Source: Lingula anatina (lineage: Eukaryota; Animalia; Brachiopoda). From it: a stretch of 64,000 nucleotides of DNA. The DNA is taken from positions 18,046,848 through 18,110,847 of the forward strand of contig CM120643.1 in the NCBI GenBank assembly GCA_051362555.1. The letters run 5' to 3'. This document shows, in pieces, positions 62,607-64,000 of the stretch. Each line of letters begins with the position of its first letter. Positions within the stretch are counted from its first letter, which is position 1. The notes under the pieces were generated by a model that worked only from the letters and a program-made list of their open reading frames with translations, searched no databases and was not told the DNA's origin. A program made the translations under genes and the position numbers.

Positions 62607-64000
62607 GTAAGTATATGATTTCATGATGTGTCTTTTCTTCCGTTTGTGACCTTTTGATGAATGTCTGTAGAAGAAGTTGCAGTCTGGCACAGTGGAAATA
62701 TATTGCCTGCGTGTTTGGCGACTGTAGAATGACACTAGCAAAATGTCTTTGGGTTACAGTGCGTGTGTATGGCAGTTTGAGATGCAGTGTAATTTACATG
62801 CTGAAAATATGAAGTGATATGTTGTCTGTCCGATGAAGATTTGTCTTTTTAAGTGAATATGCCAAATATGACGTAGGAGAGAGAAATAGCAAAGCTAACT
62901 GTTATTTCTTCGTCCTGATGTATCTTGGAAGCTTTGAATTTGATCTATGTGCACAGAGTAATTTTTATAAAAAAGATTTCAGCATGTACTATGTATGTTA
63001 ATTACAACAACATTCACAACATCAGCAAGTGTCACTTGACATAAATGTTATAAAACAAGCCTGCTTATTCCACTTAGGGGTGGGTGGTGGGGATCTATGA
63101 TTTTTGTAGAAGTATTTGCAGGAGTGGAGACAATAAATATTAAGCTTAATGTTTTAATACGAAATAATTATAATGTTTGGGGAAATTTTGGTCTTTTAGA
63201 AGTATACAGTGCATACAGTAATTATGTACTTGCATGTGGGCATTGTGGAAAAATCATTTGCTAACAAGAGCAACTTCAGGAATTTTAATTTATAAAAATG
63301 ACGATGGAAAAAGACAAGATTTAGATTGTTCAAGTGCATATGCTAGTAGTAAGGTTGCTCAAGAAAGTGCTGATATTTTTGTTTGACATCAATATTGCCA
63401 GTTGTGCATTGCCATATGCCATGCCGTGCTGGGAGCCAAAATCCATGTTTGCTTACCCTGATAAACTGAAAGTTCATGTTGCTCTGTTCTGATATAAAGT
63501 CAGTAACACAAAGTAGAAAGGATAAAAAAAATATAGGACTGGTTTAGAATTTCAGTAAATGTACATATTACAGCTGAAATTGTTGCTAATGTGTGTGTGT
63601 GTGTGTGTATCTGGATGTTACTGTGTGTTAAAATGTTTTGCTTGTGGTGCACCTGCTTTAGTTAAAAGTATTGATTTTCTTGATCACTACAGATCTAGTT
63701 AAGAATGTGTTTTTCATTATTATAAGATTCTCTTGCAGTTGGAGGAGAGGAATTTTTCCCAACATAAAGGTACTAGCATATGACCCTCCCCCCACCCCCC
63801 CACCCCAAAATATGCAATTGAAAAATATTATTTATATGTATGCCTTATTGATAATGAATACATGTTGTCCTAAAAATGTACTAGTAAGTAAAATGGGTCT
63901 AAGGGATAAATGATCAAATGTAGTTAGGAGCAAGAAAAAACTGGCATTAAAGATAAAATTTACTTATAAACAGTAATGAATTAAAAAAAAAAACACATCA

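Overview
Eukaryotic (animal, probably invertebrate) genomic DNA: AT-rich, with GT-AG introns, many microsatellites and short non-autonomous DNA-transposon remnants. No prokaryotic features are present. I could not confidently read a coding gene in bases 1-31.5 kb. Five spliced genes were reconstructed by hand. (1) An intact CYP51 (sterol 14-alpha-demethylase)-family P450 with 10 coding exons (32472-38901, +, 488 aa); its catalytic I-helix signature AGQHTS is replaced by LGTEEP and several other conserved CYP51 residues are changed, suggesting a new function. (2,3) A tail-to-tail inverted pair of 5-exon, 298-aa secreted trypsin-like serine proteases (45558-48608 +; 50238-53558 -). Each carries a tandem array built from the end of exon 3 plus its 5' splice site, giving a row of competing splice donors. 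(4) An unrecognised 312-aa type-I membrane protein with a tiny mucin-like ectodomain and a long disordered tail (57681-59238, +). (5) The first coding exon (KIND domain) of a Spire actin nucleator (62354-62606, +), continuing past the window. A decayed Tc1 element, a THAP-bearing remnant, Helentron-like elements and several MITE families are also visible. All alignments to known proteins are from memory and need database confirmation.
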